A stretch of DNA of 64,000 nucleotides from Octopus sinensis (lineage: Eukaryota). Each line of letters begins with the position of its first letter. Positions within the stretch are counted from its first letter, which is position 1. The notes beneath the pieces were generated by a model. The model made no database searches. It was not told the DNA's origin and saw only the letters and a program-made list of their open reading frames with translations. This document shows positions 23,051 to 35,840 of this stretch, piece after piece. The position numbers were made by a program, and so were the translations under genes. The stretch covers positions 5,270,001 to 5,334,000 of the forward strand of contig NC_043021.1 in assembly GCF_006345805.1 (NCBI RefSeq). Direction: 5' to 3'.

Positions 23051-23599
23051 TTCTGAAAATTAACCTTTCGACGGATTGGCGTTCTTCCGGGTTGGTTTTT
23101 TTTTTTTTTTGTATTCCCCAGCATAAACGCTTTGAAAATCCAATCCTATTAAGCTTCAGGCAGATTGTTCTCCAGATAGACTGTAGAGGGTGTGGTTTTT
23201 AGGCTGTAGCTTGTTGAGCTTATCCAGTTTGGAGGTTATTGAACACTTGTGGATAGAAAATTGTGTTGGCTGCAGTTCACTGCAGTAACAATTTCTGCGT
23301 CTCAGATTTTGAATTTTATTGGTTTCAAGAAGCTATCAATGAGAATTTATCGGTTTGGAGAAGATAACTGCTGGCGGAAAAAAAAAAACAGAAAAGAAAA
23401 GACGTGGGGTGGTGATAAAACTCCATGGGGGTAAAACGAGTAAACTCTTAGTTTGTCCGCCCCTCTCGGCGCCCTCCTCTCCGGTAGACAATAATAGTTA
23501 ACCATGATAATAACAATATTGATTAGGAAAAAGTACATTTTTGGTTCTTATATTTCCTTTGTTGTTTCAACCAGCGATAAACAATTTTATTTCCCAATT

Positions 23600-24272
23600 C
23601 GTATATCATTTAGTTATAGTGGTGGTGGTGGCTCTTGTGGTAGTGGTGGCGGTGGTGGTTGTGGTGGTGGTTATGAAGGCTGTGGTGCTTATGATGGTAG
23701 CGGTGGTAGTAGTGGTGGTAGTATGGGTAATAGTATCAGTCATAGTAATAGTTGTTTTAGTTGTGGTAATTACTGTAGTTGTGGTAGTAGTAGTAGGATT
23801 TACTGTGGTAATGGTAGTAGTATTTTTAGAGGAGATGGTAGAGTGGTGGTAGGAGATGGTAGTTGAGGTTGTGGTGGTTCTTGTGGTAGTAATGGTGGTT
23901 ATGAAGGCTGTGGTGCTTATGATGGTAGCAGTGGTGGTAGTTGTAGTGGTTGTGATGGTGGTAGTGTTGGTGGTGTCAGTTGTAGCAGTGGTGGTAATTG
24001 TGATGGTGGTCATGGTAACAATGGAGGTGGTGGAGAGGTAGTGATGGTTGTAGTAGTAGTGGTTGTGCTGGCTACAGTGTTGGTGGTGATGGTAGTAGCT
24101 GTAGTAGAAGTTGTGGTGGTTGCAGTTGCGATGTTAGTGGTATATTAGTGTTGTGTGGTAGTGGTAGTGGCAATAGTGTTGAAGTGATATGGAGATAGTG
24201 CTGGTGGTTGTAGAAGTGTCGGTCCTGGTAGTAGTAGTAGTAGTAGTAGTAGTAGTGATGGTTGTGGTGGTG

Positions 24273-24340
<68 letters not shown>

Positions 24341-24890
24341 GAATGTGGTTGCAATGGTATTGGTTGTGGTGGCGGTAGATGTAATAGCAAGTGGTCGTAA
24401 TAGCATTTGAGAAGGTAGTAGTTGAGATTGTGGCAGTTGCAATGGTAGTATGGGTGATAGTATCAGTCATAGTAATAGTTGTTTTAGTAGTGGTAATTAC
24501 TGTAGTTGTGGTGGTAGTAGTAGTAGTAGTAGGATTTACTGTGGTAGTGGTAGTAGTATTTTTAGAGGTAATGGTAGAGTGGTGGTGCTAATAGTAATTG
24601 TTGTGTTAGTAGTAGTTGTAGTAGTAGTGATAATGGTAGTGGTAGTTGTAGCAGTAGTGGTGGTAGTTGTAGTAGTAGTGTTGGTGGTTGTAGTAATAGT
24701 GTTGTAGTAATAGTAAGCAGCAGCAGGAGTAGTGATGGTGGTGGTAATTGTAGCAGTAGTAGTTGTACTAGTCGTGATGGTGATGGTGGTTGTAGTAGCA
24801 GTAGTAGTGGTTGTGGTAGTTGTTGCTGTAGTGGTGTAGTAATGGTTGTGTTGATAGTAATTTTACTAGTGTTGGTTGTAGTTACTGCTC
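23600..24890. repeat. 1.3-kb degenerate (GTA/GTG)n tract with internal block duplications
   Basis: A ~128-bp block at 23723 recurs at 24450; a ~40-bp block at ~23665 recurs at ~23894. Confidence 0.92.
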
Positions 24891-26076
24891 TAGTCGCAGT
24901 GGTTGAGGTCAGGTCTCTCCAAACCGGAAGCAGCCTGGCCCTAGTGCTTGCCCTAGAGTCAGTCCTGTCGAAGACACTCGAAGTCTGGGATGGGTAAAAT
25001 GACATTAAACCAGAAGACGGGACTGAATTTGCCACAACCTTGTCCATCCCTTCTTCTCCCTTAAAATCCCGGCAAAACTACAGCAGTATGACCCCGCTAC
25101 CCAACCCGCTTTCTTACCTCATAACCTTCTCAAAAATAAATAAGCAGAACGAGGAGACACGTGGGATAGGAGTTGTTGAATATGTCACAGGATGTGAGAC
25201 GAAAGAACTTTGACAAAGTAACTAAAATGATAATAATAATAATAATGAAGCTGAAGTGAAGATCAAATATACAGTGCGTGTGTTTAATTGGCAAAATATG
25301 ACCATCCCCAAGTATAACCATATTTTAACTCTTTAACATTTAGACCACCCATATCTGGCGAAAAGATTCTCCCTGTTGTGTGTTCAAACCGGTCAAATGA
25401 CTGAAACAAGTAAAAGAGTAAAAAGAGTAAAGAGTATTGTTTTACTCTTGTATTTAATCCATCCCATGGTCTCTTAGCGCTTAGATCCTCCACTGCAGTC
25501 AATACAGCAGGCAACGAGCCTACTCCAATAGCTCGCTTTCTTCGTGACTCTACTCGGGCCAACTCTCAACGCTGTCGTGTCGTCATGGAACGTACAGTAC
25601 CATCTCTACTTTAGTCTTCCACTCGTTCTATTTCCTCTTCCCAGCGTCTACATTCTTTCAACCACTTGAATTATCTAAAACTCTTAAAAAGATAAGCCTC
25701 TTATTGTCATTTCATTGGGCCGACACTGAAGAGGGTTGTTGACATGACCAAAAAGGAAACTTCCACCTAACGTTTGAATTCTTGATACATTCCTCGATAC
25801 AGTTTTGTCATCTTCCGAAGTGAAGGATGATGGCATTTCTTTACAATGTCCGTTTGCCATTTCAGTCGCCGTCCGGTACAGAACAGCAACGTGGCCCTGC
25901 CGTTTATGAAAAAAAAAAAAAAATGCAAATATGTATTTCTTAGATTTAAAAATATTTCTTCACATACACACACACACACACACTCTCTTCCCTTCCACAC
26001 ATACATTCATAGAAGTTAAAAATGGAGATTGAAGACAGGACATATATGTATATATACATACCGGCATATATAGTTA

Positions 26077-26234
26077 GTTAATCCAAACAAGAAAGCACAA
26101 AAAAACACAACAACGCGAGGAGGTGGAACAAATATAGTATTATTGGACGCTCAGGAAAGAAGGGGGGTTTAACATTTCGAGCGGAGCTCTTCGTCGGAAA
26201 CATAGGAGAAGGAAAGATCCAGAGAAGGAAAGAC
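26077..26234 (-). mobile_element. Hammerhead-motif repeat (Penelope pseudo-LTR/retrozyme-like), copy 1
   Basis: Reverse complement of the 57720 and 60436 copies; core gtttCCGACGAaGAGCtccGCTCGAAAtgttaaac at 26167-26201. Confidence 0.7.
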
Positions 26235-26255
26235 ATATATATAAAAATATATATA

Positions 26256-27375
26256 TCAGGTCATCCCATAAGTCCAGTCCGAATTTTGAATAAAGAAAAC
26301 AAGTGATCAAATGTTATATTCAATTGAAACTTAGTCATCAATGTACTTTCCCTGATTATCTATGACTTCCTTCCATCTATTTACAATCTTATAAATCCCA
26401 TCAATGTAAAACTCTTTTGGTTTCAAAACGAAGAGCTCTGAAATGTCAGTTTCGACCTCCTCCTGACTTGCGAAAGTTATGTCCCCCAAATGATTCTGTA
26501 AACTACGAAACAAATGGTAGTCTGAAGGAGCAAGGTCGGGAGAATAGGGTGGATGAGGAATTTTTTCCTAACCAAGCTCTTCGATCTTCTGTGAAGTGAT
26601 CTTTGCAGTGTGGGGCCGCGCATTGTCCTGATGAAACATCACTCCTTCTTGATTCACTAAAGCGGGTCTTTTTTTCATCAAAGCTTGGTTCAAACGCTCT
26701 AATTGCTGACAGTAGACTTGAGCATTGATTGTTGCATTAGGTGGAAACAATTCAAAGTGAATTACTCCTTTGCAATCCTACAAGATAGAGAGAAGAACCT
26801 TTTCCCAATGAAGTTCCCTTCTCGGTTGTGGTTGAGCTTTTTCCCTTTTACCAAGCCACTGTTTACGACGTTTAACATTTCTGTAGAAGATCCATTTTTC
26901 GTCACCAGTCACAAGTCTATCCCAAAAAGTTGAAATGAATTTGCGAGAATAGAGAGAAGAGTAGATGTCAACTCGGGATTTGCGGTTGCTTTCAAACTTT
27001 TCATGAGGCACCCATTTTCCAAGTTTAGGAACCTTTCCAAGTTGTTGAAGATGACGATGAACAGTTGTATGGTTAGAACTAAGCTTTATTGCCAATTCTT
27101 CAACTGATAATGCAAGATTTTCTTCAAGTAATGCCTCAAGGAGCTTATCATCAAACTCAACTGGACGTCCTGTTCGATCTTCATCTTCAAGGCTGAAATC
27201 TCTACTTCTAAATTTTGCAAACCATCTTCTGCAAGTTCTTTCATTCAAGCATTCTTTACCATAAACTGAGTATATGTTTCGAGTCACTTCGGCTGCAGAG
27301 TTTCCTTTTTTTGTACCCATAAAGCATTATGTGCCTCAAATGCTGTTTGGATCCTTCCATGTTAGAAAGGGTTTT
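26256..27375 (-). mobile_element. mariner (DD34D) element, 5' TIR missing; transposase pseudogene 27360->26331
   Basis: WVPHE, TGDEKW, HQDNARPH and YSPDLAPSD motifs with 34 residues between D2 and D3. Stops TAG at 26778-80 and 26568-70 and a +1 frameshift in the T7 run at 27306-12. TA|TCAGGTCATCCCATAAG terminus at 26256. Confidence 0.95.
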
Positions 27376-27884
27376 GTATCAGGGGATCGATTCGCTCGAC
27401 TAAAAAAATTCAAGGCGGTGCTCCAGCATGGCTGAAGTCTAATGACTGAAATTATATATATCTTTTTATCTTTTACTTGTTTCGGTTATCAGACTACGGC
27501 CATGCTGGGGCACCACCTTGAATTTTTTTGAGATTTTACTCCTGCTTTTTTTCCCCTTTATGTCCACTTAAACATGGATGATCTGTTAGAACAAACTATA
27601 CTGCAGTAATTACCATGGTAACTACCGTAGTATAGTTTTGTCCCAACCAGGAAACTACGTTTAAGTTGCAAATAAATATTTTTCAACATTCTTACGTGTT
27701 TTTACTTGTTTCTAGACTTCTTGGTTTTGTATGTATCATAGCGTTGTTGTGCAAGTTGTGACGACAGACATTAAATTTCAGCGCAGTCATTTTTGTTGAC
27801 AGCCGTTGTCTTTAACTGACAGCATAAGATAATTTGCTATCTACAACTTGACAGTTACCATGTATGTGTGTGTGTGTGTGTGTG

Positions 27885-27950
<66 letters not shown>

Positions 27951-28346
27951 GAGTGAATAAATTTAAGCAGTGTTAAATAAATATCTTATTAGTAAGTTAA
28001 ATTGTGTTAACTTATTTCTGTTAATTGTTCCCTTCCCATCTTACTAACTTTCATTACTTTCGAGACAGAACTACACTAAACATTTCGGCTGTTTTCGTTA
28101 CGCTAGCGCTTGCCATATGAGCACCAACAATTTGACCTCTTTGAAAAGTCCGATAGATCTGTCATTTTAATGAAATTTAATAACCTTTTTTCTGATGATA
28201 TCTGAAAAGAAACAGCAATTTTAACAAAACATATTAAGCAAACCCAATAATAAAAAAAAAACCCCATAAAAATAAACAAAGCTTTTGACGGTTTTATTGA
28301 TATTTCAAAATTATGATGCTAAGTGTTTCCATTATTATGTCCAATC

Positions 28347-28419
<73 letters not shown>

Positions 28420-28508
28420 TATATATACAATAAATTCAGGGTGAATACTTGATAAATGTAAGCACCTGTATATGCCAGCTAGTGGTATAGGTGATAGGGT
28501 ATATGTAC

Positions 28509-28635
28509 CAAAAGAAAAACAGGACGCAAAGGATTTTGCGGTACATATGTTTCGGGCTTATGCATTGATATAAGTTGTTCAATAAAGCCCGAAACATATG
28601 TACCGCAAAATCCTTTGCGTCCTGTTTTTCTTTTG
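28509..28635. repeat. Perfect inverted repeat, 51-bp arms, 25-nt spacer
   Basis: 28509-28559 is the exact reverse complement of 28585-28635. Confidence 0.97.
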
Positions 28636-28637
28636 AT

Positions 28638-28673
<36 letters not shown>

Positions 28674-28762
28674 TATATATATATATATACGAATATATAT
28701 ATATCTACATATATACACACACTATTTTTCTCATGCTACCGAATAAGCAATTGAATAGTAAA

Positions 28763-28794
<32 letters not shown>

Positions 28795-30224
28795 CAGTAT
28801 AGTTTGTAGAAAGCTAATAAACAAGAATCACTGCCCCCTCTTGTTAAGCCAAGTGCAGCTTTTTTTCTTCTTTTTGATAAATACTAATTAAACTAAGACA
28901 TCTTCCTTGTAGTTATTTTTCTCCCTACTTTCGAAACAAATTTTAAACGTCCCGGGGTCGATTTTGCTCGACTAGAGGCGGTGCTCCAGCATGGCCCGCA
29001 GTCAAATGACTGAAACAAGTAAAAGAGAAAAGTCTATTTATCACCCAAACACGTGAATATTGGATGCTGCCGCTGCTTTTCATAGTGAACGGTGTCGCAG
29101 TAAATTCGTTCCAATTGAAATATTTGTCACACAGGCTTTATGCGGGCGCACAAACTCCTAGGAATATCACCCCCACCCCCTCAAAAAAAAAAGTAAAAAA
29201 GGAAGAACATTGAATAATGTAGTCCTCGCTTGATACGCTCTCTCTGAGTAATAATAATAAAAGTAAACCTGTAGGTCATGATTAGAATACTTTTGATCAT
29301 AGATCTGCTTGATTAGAGCTAGCTTGTGGCTAAGCAACGATATTGCTACTTCCAACACTCCGATAAAGTTTAACAATTCGCAATACGCATTTATGTGCGT
29401 GTATATTAAAATTATATTAGGTACTTACACACACCCACACTTTCATACACACACAGACACATATGAATGTATATATAAGTATACATTCGTATACATTCGA
29501 TCCTTTTTCCAAGAAATCTAATGCTCGTAGCTTAGTTTTTCCTTGGGGCTGGCCGGATCGGAGCAATCTCAAGATTAATCAGCCGAAATTGCGAGGATGA
29601 TCCGGTTCTTGACTGAAGATTAGAGGCTTCGAATGACCCGTCCGTGTTTTGTGTCGTCTATTTGAATGTTTTGCGTTCTTGTCCCATTTTGTATTTTTAT
29701 ATATATTTTGGATCTTTTCTGTTTGATAAAGATCCTATATTTTTTACACATATATATAAGTTAGTGTGTTTAATGTAAAATTTTTACAATTATTCGTTAA
29801 TTTAGCGTAATAAGTAAACGGTAGCTTCGTTTGAGGTGAAAGATAGCGATAGAGTAGAAACTGTTGTAAAAATAAAGAGATAAAGGTAGGAAAGAGAGAG
29901 AGAGAGAGAGAGAAAGAATAAATGTTGATAATGTGAAAGCTTGGAGGGGGAGGTTTTGTTGTGTCGCCGGTGTAACGTTGCTTTTAAAGAAACAAGGTAA
30001 CTTTATATTTCAGTTCTCTTTATACTGAAATTGTTACACCAACATAACTCACCAGCCCTTTGAAGGAGGAAAAAAAATAGGAACGACAAAATATGAAAAG
30101 AAAAACCGCTACCCCAGTTTTTCTTTTCTGGAGCGCGCATCTGTTCAATTAACATGCTACATCCATTCATAAATGAATGTATATGCGCACGTATTTTCCC
30201 ACACTTTGTACCCAAGCATATATA

Positions 30225-30560
30225 TTGACGCTAGATCTATACATTATAAATGTATACACACCTACTTCTATATACAAACATGCGTGCTTATGCTGAACAT
30301 ATATATGTATGTAGACATATATAAATACGTATATACACACGTTTTATTTTTACATCCGAATATATACTTACATCGTATTGACGCTAAATCTATACATTAT
30401 AAATATATACACACCTACTTCTATATACAAGCATGCATGCTTATGCTGAACATATATAAATACGTATATACACACGTTTTACTTTTACATCTGCATATAT
30501 ACTTACGTCGTAAATATAAATACACGAGTATTTCTGTATACGACCATGCATGCTTATGCT
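30225..30560. repeat. AT-rich tandem duplication, ~140-150-bp unit, two copies plus a partial
   Basis: attgacgcta(g/a)atctatacattataaat...cacctacttctatatacaa...gcttatgctgaacat repeats at ~30225 and ~30376. Confidence 0.85.
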
Positions 30561-31469
30561 AAATATATATATGTATTTGGACATATATAAAAATATATAT
30601 ACCCACATGTATTCTTGTACACACACACACACATACATATGTCACATATATGAATACGTACACGCATACTTGTTTCTACAAGCAACCACACACAGTCATG
30701 TTTAGCAAGCTTTGTCACTGGTAGTTAAGTGCTAGGTAATTTGTGGATGTTTTTTTGTGGATGTGGCCGTATTTATTGGTTTACTTACAAGTGGAACATC
30801 AAGAAGAGTATATATACACAAACATATATATATATATGTATAATCTCACCAGGAGGAAAAAAATAATACAGCAAAAACTAATATAAGATACAGTTAATTA
30901 ATCTATATAATTGAAAATAAATTAAAGAAAAAACAAACAACATAGAGAGAAAAGAAAAACGGACAACAATAACTCTAAATAACAATTGACGTTTGTTGTC
31001 ATTGTGGAATCAATACAATTGTGAATTTCAAGCAGGGCTTTACGTATCCGGAGTTTGTACCATTTTGGGGGTGGTTAAAAAGACCAGCAGCAGGCTTTTA
31101 AAACGTTCGACACAACGTTCTCGTTCTTGCGGAACCATTCTTAATTATCATTACCACCACCACCACCACCATCATCATCACCATTAACGTCACTACCACC
31201 ACCACCACCAACATCATCATCATCACCATCATCAATATCATTATCAAACCTTTTGCCAGTCAGCTGCTTGCTCCCGCGTGCGTGTTTTTTTTTCTAATCC
31301 CAACACGTTTGGGTTCCAATATTGATGCTGAATTACAAACAACGAGTCATGGAAGATTTAGGTAAATATAACGACCAGACTTCTTTTTTTTTTTTTAATA
31401 ATTTTATTTCTAAGTCAATGAACATGTTTTTTCTTAATAATCATTCTAATGTGTGCCTCTACAGACAGA

Positions 31470-34400
31470 TACTCCTCGGTCGAGCCAACGAGGGTAACTT
31501 TATAATATCACCTCTCGACCTGCTAGAAATTGTTGCTAAATCTCTATCGAATTTTAAACATTTCTATTTATCTCCTACGTCAACTAATCAGTCGATATAT
31601 AAATGACGGGTGGGTATACAATATAGTAGAGATTTATATATTCAAATTTAAGAGATGATTCACTCCGCTGTTACTCAGAGTTTCTCATTACATATGATCC
31701 AATCCTTCGTGCGACAAAATATGTGTGATTATGTGTACCTAATCGTCAACCGAAATTAACTACACTACTCTAAATAATCATAGTTTATAGGAGGTAGTCC
31801 TTTAGGTATAACAAAACAACTGTGCTTAGTGGAATGATTTTAAGAAATATGTTGGGTTTTTAAAATAACAATTATAATTTCTTTAATTTCATGCATTAAT
31901 TTGTTGTCTTTCGAGTCTTGTCTCTCTTCTTTCTACCCCAGAGATAGATAAATGCATGGATTAACGTGCTTGCTTTTACAGACACTGCTATTAACTAGGA
32001 TTTTCTGTCGTGTCAACGAGTATACCTTTATATAGTCGCTCAAGCTACTAGAAACAACAACCAAATCTACATAAAAAAACCCTCTACCATTTTTTAGAAG
32101 GTGGGACACATTAGATTTATACTGTCCTAATACAAATAGACTGAATGGTTACGGCTGGAATGTCTTTAATTCTAGGCCTGCTCAATCAGAAGCTGATCTG
32201 GAGGTTCTTACTACTAACTTAATATTAGTAATAGCATTTCTGTTTACAGCATATTTTCTTTTGTATTTTTTTTATTCGTCTTTTATTTTTCTTTATTATA
32301 ACAAAGTTTTGTCCTCATAAAATACACTTTAGACTTTTTCTTTGGTTAGAATATCGACATCAGACACACACACACACATATATAAAATTTTTTTTTTATT
32401 CATAATGCTCTGTGAAAGCACACTTATAGAAAACACACCTTTAAACACGCACCTACCTATATCTAAGCCACTTTTTTTTTAACCACAGTATATCTATGTC
32501 AAGATTACAATAAGTCCATGTCATGATAAAAAAAAAAATTCTCAGGAGGGCAATTCACTCTCGTCGTTTCTACGATTTTGTTAGTGTTTTCACAGCAATG
32601 AAAAAGCCGGCGTGTTTGTCTTTTGAAGAAAAATATATTTGTGGTAGAAATTTCCTTGACAATATCACATTTAGTCGAGAACAGAAAAGGAACATTTCTC
32701 ACAAAAAAAAAAGTTAAATATATTAGTACATATTGGTAAATTTACGTGCAAATTTAGAGATATAGATGTAGCTTTTTAGTCCTAAGTCAGCGCTAACTGT
32801 GCAGATCTATAATCAAAAGGGTTCCGACCATGACCACGTTTTGTCTTTTTGCATACCCAGGCTTGCCATCATTTAATACATCCTACCCTTTTCTCAAATA
32901 GACCGAGGTCAGTCCTAGTCGAGCAGACTTATAAAAGGTGTGTTTCAACCACAACGATTTTATTATTTCTGGGGTTACACTTAGGACTGTATTAATAATT
33001 GTGTCCTTTCCTTATTTAAAACGGTGGGGTGTGATTTGAAGGCAGTGCTACAACATGGCCTAAACCCTGACAGCAAGTATATGCACACACACACACACAG
33101 ATAAATGCAGCAAGATATAGGTTTAGCCACCCGTTTACAGACGTGTTTGTCACAAGTAGCTACATGGATTATTTGTCTCGCTTTCGGGAGATAATACTGA
33201 TTCCTCGAATTGTTGATATCTGGCTCATTCCATATATCTGTAGTTATATCTCCTCTATTAGCTATTTACCTAGATCTTTATCCACTATCTGGGTTCTCAT
33301 CTATCTAGCAAAGCAATCATCTGTCTCTTTATCTATTTTATTTATATATACATGTGTGAAAACGTGTGTGCATGCAGTAAATAATACCACATAAATAAAT
33401 ATATCACATGTATTTATCCAGTGTCTTGTTGACGGACTTCAAACTTTGCTAACGGCTCTTTTTTTCAATAGATGAGTTTTCTTAACCTTTTGTCGAATGC
33501 ATGGTGGGTCTAAGGTCGGAAGAATAAGTTTAATTACGTCTCTCGTTTACTTTTTGATTATTTTGAATGTTTAAACACAGTCTTAGGAAACAAGCAAGAT
33601 ATGAGAAAACAGCAACTGGAAATGAAGGCGCTTTTGCTGTAACGCAGTCGTTCGATCTGTTAGGAAATGGTAAAAATTCTCCCTCAAAATACACCCTCCT
33701 CTCTTTAAAAACGGGCGAACATTATTTAATGTAGTTCTATATAATATAAGATGGGGTGATCATTGTTTGACTGTTCTTTTTGGTTATGTCTGTGCTAGAT
33801 CGGTATTGACCTAGAGTTGAACATCAATAGCTAAAAATCAATCAGAACATGTTAAAACCCATTTTCATAAATCGTCGTTTTGTTGTTTAGCCCCTAATCA
33901 GTCCTGGTCGACCAGTGATATTGTCAAATGAATTATCGTCGTGACCACCCCGAATATTTTTCTATGTGCAGGGAACTTAGTACCACCACATACACTTTAA
34001 AGATGGTAATGTGTGATTTCAGGCAAATTTGGCTACTATTTCTAGTAGTTCGAGCGGCTACGTACGTAGATATCAAAATAAAGTAGTGCTCTAGCCTAGC
34101 CTTACTCTTCAATGCTAAAACAAACTATTTGTGTTGTTATTGTTTAGCCCAAAGCGGCGAGCTGCCCAAATCGTTAGCGCTTTGGACAAAATGCTTAGCA
34201 ACATTTCTTCTGGCTATTTACGTTCTGAGTTCAAATTTTTACCTTTCATCCTTTCGGTGTTGTGTACTAGGGTTGATGTAATCGACTAACCTTTTCCCCC
34301 TAAAAGTAGCTGGTTTTGTGCCAAAATTTGAAACCATTGTTGTTCAGTTCAGCCCCAGGTCAACTTTCATCGGGAAACCTATGATCAATAGTTTTCCAAC

Positions 34401-35110
34401 CATGGCCGTCCTGTTTTTTTTTTTTTTTTTTGTGAGGTATATTAGGAAGGGCGAGGTTTTGGAATAGCTGTCAATCGAAGTTCCACACTTGATGGAGGAA
34501 GGAAAAAGGAAGCATTTCTGTTTTTTTTGTTTCTCTTGTAAAATATTCCTGTATTTCAGACAACGGAAATTACGATTTTGGAAAAGAGAAATTTCTCCCG
34601 AAAATTTTATTTTCTGTTTTTCTACATTTTTGTCCCCATCCACTTCCATAACCTTTACCCTTTTCCTAACAGCTCGTGCGACCACATAGAAGTCCCCTCG
34701 TTGGTTTACTACCCACCGAGGTGTTGTCGTTTTAGCCCTAGGTCTCTATTTTGACGGAGCAAACCTTTGATACAATGTATTTCAGTAGCGACCATCCCGC
34801 CCTTTTTCTGGTGGTGAAAGTATCTACAACAACGACATCTCATGTGCCCTTCTTTTTTGTCAGACAGTGTTTCCTGCAGCTGGTGCGAACACTTAGAGGT
34901 TTTTTCGTTGGCTCACCACCTACCGGTTTTGTTAATGTCAGGGTATTTCCAGAGAGGACCATCCCGCCCTTCTTTTGGTGATTGTGTGATATCGACTACG
35001 TTATCTAATACGTCTATTCCTTTGTTTTTATAAGAATGCGCGGTGAGATTTGAGAAAGGCTTGGTTGTTGTTTCCAGCATGTCGCTTGACCTTGTAGAGG
35101 CTCTCTCTTT
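31470..35110. repeat. Cluster of old interspersed repeat fragments (family D, class undetermined)
   Basis: Recurrent tttagcccc.ggtca.ccc..tcgagcagac.tat.atcaaagg and gtgtgatttgag..agatttggct..tatttctagcaggtcgag motifs in both orientations; also near 19500, 21830, 44600, 50200 and 61670. Confidence 0.6.
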
Positions 35111-35799
35111 GCTTGCTTGTCACCTATTTTGTTCCCAAAGGTTAACAGTATTATATTTCTAAGATTGCCCTCCATGCCAATACATTTGATTGTTACTCAT
35201 TTAAAGAAGCACACAACGCAAAGAGGTTTTTTTTTTTTAATTGAATGAATGAAGGGGAGAGGGATTAGATATTCAGCATCGCAGACCATAATAATGAGGG
35301 CTTCAAATTTTGGCACAAGACCAGCAGTTTCGGGGGAAGGGCTAAGCTAAGTAAATTACATCGACCCCCCGTTGCTCTACTGGTACTTATTTTATCGACC
35401 CCGAAAGGTTGAACGATAAAGTCGATTTCGGCGGAAATTGAACTCGGGACGTAAAGACGACCGAACGAAATGCCGCTAAGCATTTAATAATAATTTCAAA
35501 TTTTGGTACAAGGCCATCAATTTCGGGGAAGTGGGTGAGTCGATTACATCGAGCCCAGTGCTTAAGTCTTTACCCCCTTTTACTCTTTTACTTGTTTCAG
35601 TCATTTGACTGCGGCCATGCCGGAGCACCGCCTTTAGTCGAACAAATCGACCCCGGGATTTATTCTTTGTAAGCCCAGTACTTATTCTATCGGTCTCTTT
35701 TGCTGAACCGCTAAGTGACGGGGACGTAAACACACCAGCATCGGTTGTCAAGCAATGCTAGGGGGACAAACACAGACACACAAACACATACACACACAC

Positions 35800-35840
<41 letters not shown>

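Noticed and set aside
25690-25905. Minus-strand open frame after an acceptor-like tract (MANGHCKEMP...)
   Set aside because: Only 58 aa from ATG, no homology recognised and no convincing donor.
29600-29650. CTGAAGA...GAAT motif in a probable repeat
   Set aside because: GAAT instead of GAAA, no clean stems, and single copy in the window.
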